Shown here in pieces: positions 45,032 through 54,746 of a stretch of DNA of 64,000 bases. The notes below the pieces were generated by a model. The model searched no databases and had not been told where the DNA came from. It worked only from the letters and a program-made list of their open reading frames with translations. This DNA is from Vicingaceae bacterium (lineage in GTDB: Bacteria; Bacteroidota; Bacteroidia; Flavobacteriales_E; Vicingaceae), in the NCBI GenBank assembly GCA_040218815.1, contig JAVJQS010000007.1, forward strand, positions 25,557 to 89,556, read 5' to 3'. How positions within the stretch are numbered: position 1 is the stretch's first letter; each line of letters begins with the position of its first letter. The position numbers and the translations under genes are program-made.

Positions 45032-45445
45032 ATGGCCAAACTGACCTTAGAAATTGAAGCTGATTATGAATTTGATTTGATTGGTATTTGTAGCCACATC
45101 AAAGATTACCGCTTAAGTTGGGAGATCAATCAAGAATTGAAGTTGAACTTAAGCAAAGATGGTAATCTTGAGCTTTCTCAAAATGGTGAGTTGCAATCTC
45201 ATGCTTTTTATAGCTTTTTGGATGAAGATAATTTTATTGATTACTTTTTAATAAGCAACAGAAGTGAAAAAGGAATGTTGATTCCAGAAGAAAATAAATG
45301 TGATTATTTTTTACTTATAAAAGGCCTTCGAAAGAAACAAGAAATCAACGCATTACAAAAAGAAATTGCTTCATTAAAACATGTATTGACAAGTTATACC
45401 ATTGAGGTAGAAGAATTAAAATCAAAGAATAACTTACTTTTCTAA
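45032..45445 (+). CDS. IPExxxVDY family protein
   Basis: It contains LIPEENKCDYFLLIKG, matching the family-defining motif, and sits in the conserved position just upstream of pyk in Bacteroidota. Confidence 0.7.
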   Translation: MAKLTLEIEADYEFDLIGICSHIKDYRLSWEINQELKLNLSKDGNLELSQNGELQSHAFYSFLDEDNFIDYFLISNRSEKGMLIPEENKCDYFLLIKGLRKKQEINALQKEIASLKHVLTSYTIEVEELKSKNNLLF

Positions 45446-45446
45446 A

Positions 45447-46874
45447 ATGAAAACAAGCAAAAAAACAAAAATTGTAGCCACAGTTGGCCCCTCTACCTCT
45501 TCTAAAAAAAATTTAGAAGCAATAATTAAGGAAGGGGTTAATGTGATACGAATTAATTTTTCTCACGGTAAACATGATGATCATGTTGAAGTAATTAAGC
45601 GTGTGCGACAAATTAATAAAGAACAACAAATACACACAGCTATTTTAGCAGATTTACAAGGGCCTAAAATCAGAATTGGAGAGATTGAAGGCGGTTCAGT
45701 TACAATAAATAAGGGCGATACCATCAATTTTACTAACGAAGAGCTTGTTGGTAATGCCAGCCAAGCCTATATCAGTTATCAGCAATTTCCGAAAGATGTA
45801 AAAGTCGGTGAGCAAATCTTGATAGACGATGGTAAGCTATCCTTAAAAATTACTAAAACAGATAAAAAGTCTTCAGTTACTGCCCAGTTCATGAATGGGG
45901 GGAAGCTATCTTCAAATAAAGGTGTGAACTTGCCCAACACTAAAATTTCAATGCCGAGCCTAACCGAAAAGGATAAAAAAGATTTAGCTTTTGCACTGAA
46001 ACACAATGTAGAGTGGATTGGCTTATCTTTTGTTCGAAATGCGAGAGATATCATTGAACTCAAACACATGATAAATGCTGAAGGCAAGCTCTCAAGAGTA
46101 ATTGCTAAAATTGAAAAACCAGAGGCAATTGATGATATAGATGACATAATTGAGGAAACTGATGCGGTAATGGTTGCGCGAGGAGACTTGGGGGTTGAAG
46201 TGCCTATGGAGAAAGTACCACTTCTGCAAAAAGAAATAGTAAAAAAATGCTTGAGAGCGGCTAAGCCTGTAATCATCGCTACTCAAATGATGGAAAGCAT
46301 GATTGAAAACATTAGCCCTACCCGTGCGGAGGTTAATGATGTTGCCAACGCGGTTTTGGATGGTGCTGATGCGGTAATGTTGAGTGCAGAAACTTCAGTA
46401 GGGAAATACCCTATTCAAGTAATTCAAGCCATGACTAAAATTATTGAGCATATTGAAGCTTCCGAATTGATTTATCACTTGGAATTTCCACCTGAATTAA
46501 ATGAAGAGCGTTTTATTTCAGATTCCATTTGCTACAATGCTTGCCGACTTTCTCATAGAGTAAATTCCAAGGCTATTGTTACAATGACCCATTCGGGTTA
46601 TACGGCTGCTAAAATTTCAAGCTTTAGGCCAAAAGCTGGAATTTTTGCTTTTACAGGTAACCATGCGCTACTTAATAAGTTAAGTTTGGTTTGGGGTGTA
46701 CAAGGCTTTTATTATGACAAATTTGTAAGTACTGACCACACCATTGCAGACATCAAATATTTATTGAAAAAAGAAGATATAGTCATGGAAAAAGACTTAA
46801 TCATCAACATTGCGAGTATGCCAATCAATGAGAAAGGCCAATCGAATATGTTGAAGTTAAGTTATGTGGAGTAA
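45447..46874 (+). CDS. pyk: Pyruvate kinase
   Basis: Motifs are KIVATVGP, NFSHG, the region IKIIAKIE-like (VIAKIEKPEA), MVARGDLGVE and ATQMMESM. Confidence 0.95.
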   Translation: MKTSKKTKIVATVGPSTSSKKNLEAIIKEGVNVIRINFSHGKHDDHVEVIKRVRQINKEQQIHTAILADLQGPKIRIGEIEGGSVTINKGDTINFTNEELVGNASQAYISYQQFPKDVKVGEQILIDDGKLSLKITKTDKKSSVTAQFMNGGKLSSNKGVNLPNTKISMPSLTEKDKKDLAFALKHNVEWIGLSFVRNARDIIELKHMINAEGKLSRVIAKIEKPEAIDDIDDIIEETDAVMVARGDLGVEVPMEKVPLLQKEIVKKCLRAAKPVIIATQMMESMIENISPTRAEVNDVANAVLDGADAVMLSAETSVGKYPIQVIQAMTKIIEHIEASELIYHLEFPPELNEERFISDSICYNACRLSHRVNSKAIVTMTHSGYTAAKISSFRPKAGIFAFTGNHALLNKLSLVWGVQGFYYDKFVSTDHTIADIKYLLKKEDIVMEKDLIINIASMPINEKGQSNMLKLSYVE

Positions 46875-47010
46875 TTTGTTTTTAGTCGTTATAATAATAA
46901 AGCTCAACAGGGTTTTTGAGCCCTTGGTATAAGTTTACTTTTTCTTAACGTTGGTAGTGTTTTATGATGACACGGAAACTTGATTTTTGAAATTCACTAA
47001 ATTCTGAATT

Positions 47011-49026
47011 TTGAAAAGTCTCCGGAGTCAATTGTTACTGATACTCACTGGTTTTGTCTTCGTAAGCATTTTAACAGCTCTATACACAGCTAGACATTTC
47101 GAAGAAAAGGAAGAAATTACTAGTCTCTCAGACCAGCTTTCAGCTTTTGAAGTTGACTTATTAAAAGCATTTAAAGAGCAAGAGAATTTTTTCAACTTTG
47201 AAACTCACAATCAGACTTACTTTGAAACACAAAAAAGCATCTACCTTGAAAATTATCAAAGTATTTTCAAGCGACTTGTCAGGCGAACAGATTCGTTGGT
47301 AAAAACCAATAAGTTAGACTCAAGCACTTTCGATAAACTGGAGCGCATTAATAACCAACTCTCAAGCTTTGATTCACTTTTTCAAATTACAACCTTAATA
47401 ATTCGGGAAAGAGGATTTAGAAATTATGGAATTGAGGGTAGAATGCGTGAGGCAATTCACCAATTAGAAGATATTTCTGTTCTTGATTTAGTTGACATAT
47501 TAACACTTAGAAGACATGAAAAGGATTTTATCCTACGACAAGATTCTACTTATTTAGATCGCCATAACTATGCCGCTTCTCTATTACGTAAAAAAATAAA
47601 CTTCAGCCCTTTTTTAACCAAGAGTGAAAAAGAAAGTATCCTATCCACCTTATCTAATTACACCAACTTATTTGGTCTTCTAGCAGAGTTGGAAATCAAA
47701 ATCGGTATCAAGTCAAATACCGGCTTAAAAAGTAAAATAAATACTAGTATTAACCAATTAATCATTTCGCTTTCTGATTTAAAAGGTGCTGCACAAACCC
47801 ACCAAAAGGAGTTGCTCTATAAACAAAACATTTACATTATTGCTTTTTGGGTGATTTATGTTGTTTTGGTAATATTTTTAAGTCTTAAAGTCTCAAAAAA
47901 ATTTACTCAACGTTTGCAAGTGCTTAGTAATCGAATTAACTACTTTGTAAATACCAACTTTACTTCAAGACTCGACTTAAAACCAATTGGTGGGAGCGAT
48001 GAGGTAACCATCTTGTGGAATAACATCATGAAGATGGAAAAAGAAATAGTAGATTACCTAAACCTCTTCAAAGAAAAAGTGGATGAAAAAACATTGGAAC
48101 TCTCTTTTAAAAATGAAAAAATTGAACTACAAAAACAGGAGCTTGAGGAAAAGAAGAAAGAGAGTGATCAAAAAAACAAAGACCTTATTGATGGCATGAA
48201 ATACGGGTGGAGACTGCAAAGTGCATTACTCCCTTCAACAGATAGATTAAATAAGCAATTAAAAGAAGGCTTTGTGTTTTTTGCACCGAAAGACATTGTA
48301 AGTGGTGATGTATATTGGTCACATAAAACCATAAAAAAGCAAGGAGAAGAATGTATATTCTCAGTAATAGATTGCACTGGTCATGGTGTTCCTGGCGCAT
48401 TTATGAGCATTTTAGCCATCAATGCAATCAATGATTCCACATTAAATAAAAAGTATCGTGAACCTCAACATATTATACAAGCCACAAATGACTATGTATA
48501 CAGTACAATGAAGTATAACCTTAACAAAAAGGATTCTAACTTGAGCAAAGAAGGAATGGACATGATGGTTTGCAACTTAAATAGGAAACTAAATTTATTG
48601 AAGTATTCAGGGGCAAACCGGTCATTAATAATAATTAGAAAGGCTGAAACCGAATCTGACAACAAAATTGGTCTAAATGAAGAAGATTATAAAATGACTA
48701 AATCAGAGCATCATCATTTATTTGAAATAAAAGCTTCAAAAAACACAGTAGGCACGCTAAGCAGAGAGCAAAGTTCTAAATTCATTGGAAAACGAATTTA
48801 TGTTCAACCAAAAGATATGATTTACCTAACAACAGATGGCTATGCAGATCAATTTGGTGGACCGAAAGGTAAAAAATACATGACAAAGCGATTAAAGAAT
48901 CTATTAATTGAGATACACGATTTAGACTCCAAAAAACAGAGAGAAGTAATTAAGCAATCATTCTACAATTGGAAACAAGACAGTGAACAAATCGATGATG
49001 TTAGTATTTTAGCTGTTCGGGTATAA
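47011..49026 (+). CDS. Membrane-anchored SpoIIE/PP2C-family serine phosphatase with a large N-terminal sensor region
   Basis: It has two TM segments, a HAMP-like linker and a coiled coil. The C-terminal PP2C_2 domain reads SGDVYW...DCTGHGVPGAFMS...TDGYADQFGG...DDVSILAV. The start is TTG. Confidence 0.75.
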   Translation: MKSLRSQLLLILTGFVFVSILTALYTARHFEEKEEITSLSDQLSAFEVDLLKAFKEQENFFNFETHNQTYFETQKSIYLENYQSIFKRLVRRTDSLVKTNKLDSSTFDKLERINNQLSSFDSLFQITTLIIRERGFRNYGIEGRMREAIHQLEDISVLDLVDILTLRRHEKDFILRQDSTYLDRHNYAASLLRKKINFSPFLTKSEKESILSTLSNYTNLFGLLAELEIKIGIKSNTGLKSKINTSINQLIISLSDLKGAAQTHQKELLYKQNIYIIAFWVIYVVLVIFLSLKVSKKFTQRLQVLSNRINYFVNTNFTSRLDLKPIGGSDEVTILWNNIMKMEKEIVDYLNLFKEKVDEKTLELSFKNEKIELQKQELEEKKKESDQKNKDLIDGMKYGWRLQSALLPSTDRLNKQLKEGFVFFAPKDIVSGDVYWSHKTIKKQGEECIFSVIDCTGHGVPGAFMSILAINAINDSTLNKKYREPQHIIQATNDYVYSTMKYNLNKKDSNLSKEGMDMMVCNLNRKLNLLKYSGANRSLIIIRKAETESDNKIGLNEEDYKMTKSEHHHLFEIKASKNTVGTLSREQSSKFIGKRIYVQPKDMIYLTTDGYADQFGGPKGKKYMTKRLKNLLIEIHDLDSKKQREVIKQSFYNWKQDSEQIDDVSILAVRV

Positions 49027-49067
49027 TTAATTGAATATTACTAATTTAGTCGCCTTAAATTATTCCC

Positions 49068-50120
49068 ATGAAAGTAAACATCCCTCTACTAAAAGAAATT
49101 TGTGAAGTTGCTGGAGCCCCGGGCTATGAGCAACGCATACGACAATATGTTATTGATAAAGTTACTCCTCTGGTTGATGAAATTAAAGTCAACAACATGG
49201 GCAACGTGTATGCCATTAAGAAGGGAAAATCTTCTGACAAGCGTGTGATGATAGGTGCTCATATGGATGAGATTGGCTTTATTGTTACCCACATTGATGA
49301 TAATGGGTTTGTGCGTTTCCATACTTTAGGTGGTTTTGATCCTAAAACACTTACTGCGCAACGGGTGCTCATTCACGGTAAGAAAGATGTGATGGGAGTG
49401 ATGGGCTCCAAGCCTATTCACGTTATGACCTCAGAAGAGAAAACTAAGAATCCAAAAACTACAGATTACTTTATTGATTTAGGAATGTCAAAAAAAGAGG
49501 TAGAGAAAATTGTTGAGGTTGGCAATCCTATTACGCGTTATAGCGAGCTAATGGAAATGGGTGATTGTGTTAATTGCAAGTCTATTGATAACCGTGTTTC
49601 AGTATATATTTTAATCGAAACCCTCCGAGAATTAAAAAACCAAGAAGTCCCTTATGATACTTATGGGGTGTTTACCGTTCAAGAAGAAGTTGGAATTCGT
49701 GGAGCCAATGTATCTTCAATGGACATTCAACCCCATTTTGGAATAGGCCTAGACACCACAATTGCATATGATTTACCTGGTGCTTCTGCACATGAAAATG
49801 TGACCAGATTAGGGGAAGGTACAGGGATAAAAATCATGGATGCTTCAACCATTTGCGACTATCGTATGGTAAGATTTATGAAGCAAACGGCTGATAAGCA
49901 TAAGATTAAATGGCAGCCTGAAATATTACCTGCAGGTGGAACTGATACAGCGGGAATTCAACGAATGAATGATGGTGGATCCATCTCAGGAGCAATTTCT
50001 ATCCCTACACGTCACTTACACCAGGTAATTGAAATGGCCCATAAAAAGGATATTGTAAATTCTATTGAGTTACTTAAAAGTTGTTTACTAGAATTAGACA
50101 GTTTTGACTGGAGCTTTTAA
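49068..50120 (+). CDS. M42 family metallopeptidase
   Basis: The sequence contains GAPGYEQRIR, AHMDEIGF, VQEEVGIRGA and a C-terminal ...IPTRHLH. Confidence 0.85.
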   Translation: MKVNIPLLKEICEVAGAPGYEQRIRQYVIDKVTPLVDEIKVNNMGNVYAIKKGKSSDKRVMIGAHMDEIGFIVTHIDDNGFVRFHTLGGFDPKTLTAQRVLIHGKKDVMGVMGSKPIHVMTSEEKTKNPKTTDYFIDLGMSKKEVEKIVEVGNPITRYSELMEMGDCVNCKSIDNRVSVYILIETLRELKNQEVPYDTYGVFTVQEEVGIRGANVSSMDIQPHFGIGLDTTIAYDLPGASAHENVTRLGEGTGIKIMDASTICDYRMVRFMKQTADKHKIKWQPEILPAGGTDTAGIQRMNDGGSISGAISIPTRHLHQVIEMAHKKDIVNSIELLKSCLLELDSFDWSF

Positions 50121-50373
50121 ACTAGTCAATTAGAAGTTGGGAGTCTGGAGTCTGGAATGCCTGCGGGATGGTTTCAAGTTTCAACAATCAATTTTTAACT
50201 TATTACCTAAGGTCTGAAATTTGCTGGAGAAAAAGCAATGCTGTAAACTTTCCTGCATATCTTGCTGATTGGCGCAAATGCTAGAATCTTATATCCAACA
50301 TTAGTTTGTAATTTTTCGCCGCAGACGAAACATTGCACATTATAAGATTGTAAATTGATCACTGAAAATTGAT

Positions 50374-51195
50374 TCAAACATTTCCAATCAAGTACAGTTG
50401 ATCTAGGTTTGGTGTTGGCTTCCCACCTCGGTCTTCCAAGGTTACTGCAAATGCCGAAGGGTTTCCTTCAGCTTCCAATAAAGTTGTAAGCTCTTCACCA
50501 GACTCGAAAACACCCATATCAATCGGTTGTCCGTCAATTAGCGCCCACAATTGATATTGTTTATCACTTGGATTTTTAGGCAACTGTGCACCATTTAATA
50601 TTGCCTTCTTGGTCTTTTTATTCCAACTCACAAAAGCATAAGATTCTGGTGATAATTGAGAGCCCTCGATTAGCACATTGGTTACATCAGGATTCTGATA
50701 CCGTTTAATTTTTTCTTCTGCCGAGTTGAGTTGAGTTTTTATTTTATCCGATTGATTCGCTAAAACTTCTTTTTCGGCTATCAACTCATTTAGCTTGGAC
50801 TCAGATTTTACTAGCTGCTTTTGCTGATAAATGTTAACCCCAACACTCACCAATAATAAAATAGATGCAGCAACTGCTAAAAGTCGCACGAATTTGCCAT
50901 TAGTTGAAACTTGTTGCTCAGTCAGAGGTATTACTTTCCCTTTAGTGATGTCAGAATGGGATTCTTCTGCTAGTGAATTTAAATTAACGAATAGTTTCGC
51001 CTTAAAGTCTGCTGATGGGGCTTGTTTATGTTGCTCAGCAAACTCCTCCAAGCTAAATTCAATGCGTTCAATTTCAGCCGCCACCTCAGGATAATCTTTA
51101 ACATAAGCCATCACCTCAGCTTCTTCTTTTGAACTTAAGTTACCTAAGACAAATTGCTCAAGCACACCTGATGATATGTATTCTTCTATATTCAC
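50374..51195 (-). CDS. Anti-sigma factor (RskA-like, single TM)
   Basis: An N-terminal zinc-less anti-sigma helix region is followed by a central TM segment (LLAVAASILLLVSVGVNIY) and a C-terminal RskA-like domain. It overlaps the sigma gene by 4 nt. Confidence 0.7.
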   Translation of the reverse strand: MNIEEYISSGVLEQFVLGNLSSKEEAEVMAYVKDYPEVAAEIERIEFSLEEFAEQHKQAPSADFKAKLFVNLNSLAEESHSDITKGKVIPLTEQQVSTNGKFVRLLAVAASILLLVSVGVNIYQQKQLVKSESKLNELIAEKEVLANQSDKIKTQLNSAEEKIKRYQNPDVTNVLIEGSQLSPESYAFVSWNKKTKKAILNGAQLPKNPSDKQYQLWALIDGQPIDMGVFESGEELTTLLEAEGNPSAFAVTLEDRGGKPTPNLDQLYLIGNV

Positions 51196-51743
51196 TTTAT
51201 GTCAAAAATGGATCTTAAATCCAGTATTGCTTTTCTAATTCTTGTTTTTACTGTTCCCAAAGGAATTCCTAACTCGTCGGCAACTTCTTGTTGGGTATAT
51301 CCTTCAAAATAAACACGATCAATCAATGCCTTGCATTTGGGGTCTAAGTTTTTCACAAGCTCCCTCATTCCAATTTCATCCTCTTGAATGGTATTACGCA
51401 TATCGGTTTGATTATGTACGGCATAATCCATTGATTGGACTTTTGTCGATTTTTTGTACTCTTTGGATCTTGTGTAATCAATAGATGCATTACGCGCAAT
51501 GTTCAGCATCCAGGTATAAAGCCGACCTTTCTCGTTACTATATGATTCAATCCTATTCCAAATTTTTACAAAAGTTTCTTGTAAAATATCTTCAGCTACA
51601 TCGGCTTTTCGAACTATTTTAAGAATCACTCCATATAAAGAATCTGTATAATTTTCATAAAGGTGCTCAATCCCTGCTTTGTCCTTGCGCTTAAGCAAGG
51701 CAATCAGTTCCGATTCATCTCTATGTTTTTTTACTTGTTGCAA
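51192..51743 (-). CDS. ECF-type RNA polymerase sigma-70 factor
   Basis: Region 2 reads DILQETFVKIW and region 4 reads YTQQEVADELGIPLGTVKTRIRKA. The TTG start directly follows the pheS TAG stop. Confidence 0.85.
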   Translation of the reverse strand: MQQVKKHRDESELIALLKRKDKAGIEHLYENYTDSLYGVILKIVRKADVAEDILQETFVKIWNRIESYSNEKGRLYTWMLNIARNASIDYTRSKEYKKSTKVQSMDYAVHNQTDMRNTIQEDEIGMRELVKNLDPKCKALIDRVYFEGYTQQEVADELGIPLGTVKTRIRKAILDLRSIFDIK

Positions 51744-52769
51744 CTATGCAGATTTAAATTGGTCTAAAAATTCCTTATCATTTTCTGAATAAAGCCTTAA
51801 GTCATTCACATTATACTTTAGCTGAGCAATTCGTTCTACTCCCATCCCAAATGCAAAACCTGAATATTCCTTTGAATCAATATCGCAGTTTTCCAACACA
51901 TTCGGGTCGACCATTCCACAGCCTAAAATTTCTAGATAACCCGTGTATTTACAAACATTACAGCCCTTACCTGAACAAATAGTGCATGATACGTCCATTT
52001 CAGCGCTGGGCTCTGTAAAAGGAAAATAAGAAGGACGTAATCGAATTTCAGTTTCTTCACCAAACATTTCTCTTGCAAAGTACAATAAAGTTTGTTTTAA
52101 ATCCGCAAAAGACACGTTTTTGTCGATGTATAAGCCTTCCACTTGATGAAAAAAGCAATGTGCCCGTGCAGAAATGGCTTCATTTCTATAAACTCTACCT
52201 GGCGAAATGGTCCTAATGGGTGGCTCAGAGTTCTCCATTACCCTAACCTGTACAGAACTAGTGTGGGTTCTTAGCGCTATATCAGGGTTTTTTTCTACAA
52301 AAAAGGTGTCTTGCATATCACGTGCTGGATGTTCTGGCGGAAAATTTAATGCTGAAAAGTTATGCCAATCATCTTCAATTTCAGGGCCTTCCGAAACTAC
52401 AAAACCAATTCGGTTAAAAATTTCAATGATTTCATTTTTAATTATTGATATTGGATGTCTGCTACCCAACTCATTCAAGGTCGTTGGTCGTGTGAGATCT
52501 TCAAATACTTTTTTCCTTTTTTCCTTCCCTTGTTTTGCAGCTGCTTTAAGGCTGTCAACTTTTTCTTGAGCTTGCTGCTTCAACTGATTTAAAACTGCAC
52601 CAAACTCTTTTTTTTCTTCAGGAGCAACGTTCTTGAACTCAGCAAATAATTTTTTTAGTTCTCCTTTAGAACCTAGCATTCGAATTCTAAACGCCTCTAT
52701 TTCTTCAGCAACATTAGAGTTAAATGTTTCTGTTTCTTTCAATAATTCTTTCGCTCTGTTCAACATCAT
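51744..52769 (-). CDS. pheS: Phenylalanine--tRNA ligase alpha subunit
   Basis: Class II motifs are present (HPARDMQDTFF, FRNEAIS-like YRNEAISARAH, GFAFGMGVERI). Confidence 0.95.
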   Translation of the reverse strand: MMLNRAKELLKETETFNSNVAEEIEAFRIRMLGSKGELKKLFAEFKNVAPEEKKEFGAVLNQLKQQAQEKVDSLKAAAKQGKEKRKKVFEDLTRPTTLNELGSRHPISIIKNEIIEIFNRIGFVVSEGPEIEDDWHNFSALNFPPEHPARDMQDTFFVEKNPDIALRTHTSSVQVRVMENSEPPIRTISPGRVYRNEAISARAHCFFHQVEGLYIDKNVSFADLKQTLLYFAREMFGEETEIRLRPSYFPFTEPSAEMDVSCTICSGKGCNVCKYTGYLEILGCGMVDPNVLENCDIDSKEYSGFAFGMGVERIAQLKYNVNDLRLYSENDKEFLDQFKSA

Positions 52770-53446
52770 TTAATCAACTTCATACTTATTATGTAAACAT
52801 CTTCTTGTGGCCGATCACCTGCCTGTGTTGGAGTAGTTGCAATTTTATCTACTACCTCTAATCCTTTCAAAACTTCACCAAAAACAGTGTACTGCCCATC
52901 TAAATGTGGTGTTCCTCCTACGGTTTCGTAAATTTTCAATTCTTCTTCGCTGTAAGCCACTCCGCGTGTTTCCTCAAAACGATCCATGTATTTTCTATGA
53001 GTTTTTCTACCTTGAACAATATAAAACTGTGAACCTGAGCTTCTTTTTGTTGGGTTCACATCGTCACCTTGTCTAGCGGCAGCTAATGCACCTTTTTTAT
53101 GAATGTGCCCATTTCCTAATTCTGCTTCTAAAGTATAACCTGGACCTCCACTGCCTAAGCTATTTGTTTTTCTTGGTGGCCTAGAATTTGGATCTCCAGT
53201 TTGGATCATAAAGTCTTTAATTACCCGATGAAACAACAAGCTGTCATAATATTTCTGTTGTATCAGTTTTATAAAATTTTCTTGATGTATCGGTGTATCT
53301 TCATACAAGAGAACAATTATTTCTCCTTTACTCGTTTTTATAGCAACTTTTTGCTGAGCATTTAAGCAAAACATTGTGATGCAAGCAATGGCAAGCAAAA
53401 AAATTTTTTTGTTTAAAATATAATTAAGTTTGTAATTCATCATCAA
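52766..53446 (-). CDS. Cyclophilin-type peptidyl-prolyl isomerase, secreted
   Basis: It contains FHRVIKDFMIQTGDP, SQFYIV and YTVFGEV, with an N-terminal signal peptide. Confidence 0.9.
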   Translation of the reverse strand: MMMNYKLNYILNKKIFLLAIACITMFCLNAQQKVAIKTSKGEIIVLLYEDTPIHQENFIKLIQQKYYDSLLFHRVIKDFMIQTGDPNSRPPRKTNSLGSGGPGYTLEAELGNGHIHKKGALAAARQGDDVNPTKRSSGSQFYIVQGRKTHRKYMDRFEETRGVAYSEEELKIYETVGGTPHLDGQYTVFGEVLKGLEVVDKIATTPTQAGDRPQEDVYIISMKLIK

Positions 53447-53464
53447 TAGACCTTTGGCAAAAGT

Positions 53465-53830
53465 ATGAAAAAATCGAGCCTTCCCTTATTCATTATGCTT
53501 TTAGCATTTGCAAGCACTTCATGCAAAAAAGAGGTGTCTCCTGAAATTGAAATCACTGTAGTAAAAGAGAATGGAACTCCCCAAGGTGACGCAATTGTTA
53601 AAACCTCAATTGAAGGTGCCGAAGGTGGAATAATAAATGCAGAAGTAATTGCCGAAGAAAGAACAGATCAGTTTGGCAAGGCTTATTTTAAATTTGATAA
53701 TACTGTTTTAGTTGATGTGGCAGTATATCGCGGAAATGAAATTGTTGACTCTACTAGCATTCTGGCCGAAACAAAACGCCAAAGACCACGTGAAGACAAT
53801 GTGTATGAAAGAACCCTTATTTGGCGCTAA
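53465..53830 (+). CDS. Hypothetical lipoprotein
   Basis: The signal peptide ends in AFASTSC. No domain was recognised. Confidence 0.45.
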   Translation: MKKSSLPLFIMLLAFASTSCKKEVSPEIEITVVKENGTPQGDAIVKTSIEGAEGGIINAEVIAEERTDQFGKAYFKFDNTVLVDVAVYRGNEIVDSTSILAETKRQRPREDNVYERTLIWR

Positions 53831-54170
53831 AGCTTGGTTCTAGGTAATCGATAATTCCTTGTTTTATTAATTTTTCTTGTTCGCTATTGTTTAATCGGGG
53901 CAATTGGTTTTCAGTCTTCCAATGCGGCCATCCGTCTTTATCTCTTCCTTCATAAACATAATACCCATAAGGCTCTAAAAGGGCACAAACGGCAACATGC
54001 ATCACTTCTACCTTTTGATCCTTGCTTAATTTTTCCACCTTTTGCCCCAACTCCTGTAAGCCAATTACAAATAAAATTGCTTGCACATCCATGTCTTGTC
54101 CAAATCGTTGATTGGCTTTTTTTAAGACCTCATCCCACTTTTTTTGAAACTCAATTTCCATAGTGAACAA
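53817..54170 (-). CDS. Conserved hypothetical protein
   Basis: It is a 117-aa ORF with coding-like composition. It overlaps the preceding gene tail-to-tail by 14 nt. Confidence 0.4.
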   Translation of the reverse strand: MFTMEIEFQKKWDEVLKKANQRFGQDMDVQAILFVIGLQELGQKVEKLSKDQKVEVMHVAVCALLEPYGYYVYEGRDKDGWPHWKTENQLPRLNNSEQEKLIKQGIIDYLEPSFSAK

Positions 54171-54200
54171 AATTAATTATAGTTTCGTGCTTTAATACTT

Positions 54201-54740
54201 ATGAATAAAATTGACTTTATTTTAGCCATTCCCCTGCTTTGGGGAGCCTTTATCGGGTTCAAAAAAGGCTTTGTATTAGAACTAGCTTCTTTAGTTGCTT
54301 TAATTTTAGGAGTTTTTGGTGCATTGAAGTTCTCTGACTATACCGCCCAAAAACTCACCGAATATGTTGATATATCTAGCAACTATATCGGTTTAGTTAG
54401 CTTTCTTTTCACTTTTATGTTGATCGTATTTGGTGTATTCCTTTTTGCCAAATTGTTAGACAAAGCATTGAAGTTAGTTGCTTTAGGTTTAGTCAACCGA
54501 CTGCTGGGTTTAATATTTGGCTTATTTAAATACGCCTTAATTCTTAGCTTTTTACTCTACTTTTTTGAAAACATCAACCGAAAATGGGACTTGGTAAGCC
54601 CAGAATATAAAAAGAACTCTTTGTTGTTTGAGCCTATTCAATTGGCATCTAAACCATTTAGTCAGTTGCTTGACTCCTTTGAAATCCCTGAGTTTGATTT
54701 AGAGGATAAGGCAGAAGAGTTACAAGCTTCAATAAATTAG
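54201..54740 (+). CDS. CvpA family membrane protein
   Basis: It has a four-TM pattern, an N-terminal IDFILAIPLLWGAFIGFKKGF and a size typical of CvpA. Confidence 0.7.
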   Translation: MNKIDFILAIPLLWGAFIGFKKGFVLELASLVALILGVFGALKFSDYTAQKLTEYVDISSNYIGLVSFLFTFMLIVFGVFLFAKLLDKALKLVALGLVNRLLGLIFGLFKYALILSFLLYFFENINRKWDLVSPEYKKNSLLFEPIQLASKPFSQLLDSFEIPEFDLEDKAEELQASIN

Positions 54741-54746
54741 GACTTG

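Noticed and set aside
45779-46276. 165-aa antisense ORF inside pyk, and similar antisense ORFs at 16578-16970, 52207-52569, 43275-43613, 60559-60909 and 55472-55813
   Set aside because: They are fully embedded opposite strongly supported conserved genes. Their composition is low-complexity and Ser/Leu/Phe-rich, typical of antisense frames, and no motifs were recognised.
50121-50373. GAGTCTGGAGTCTGGA tandem repeat and TTTCGCCGCAGACGAAA hairpin between the M42 peptidase and anti-sigma genes
   Set aside because: The features are very short (a 2 x 7 nt repeat and a 5-bp stem) between convergent 3' ends, so there is nothing beyond what is expected by chance or for weak terminators.
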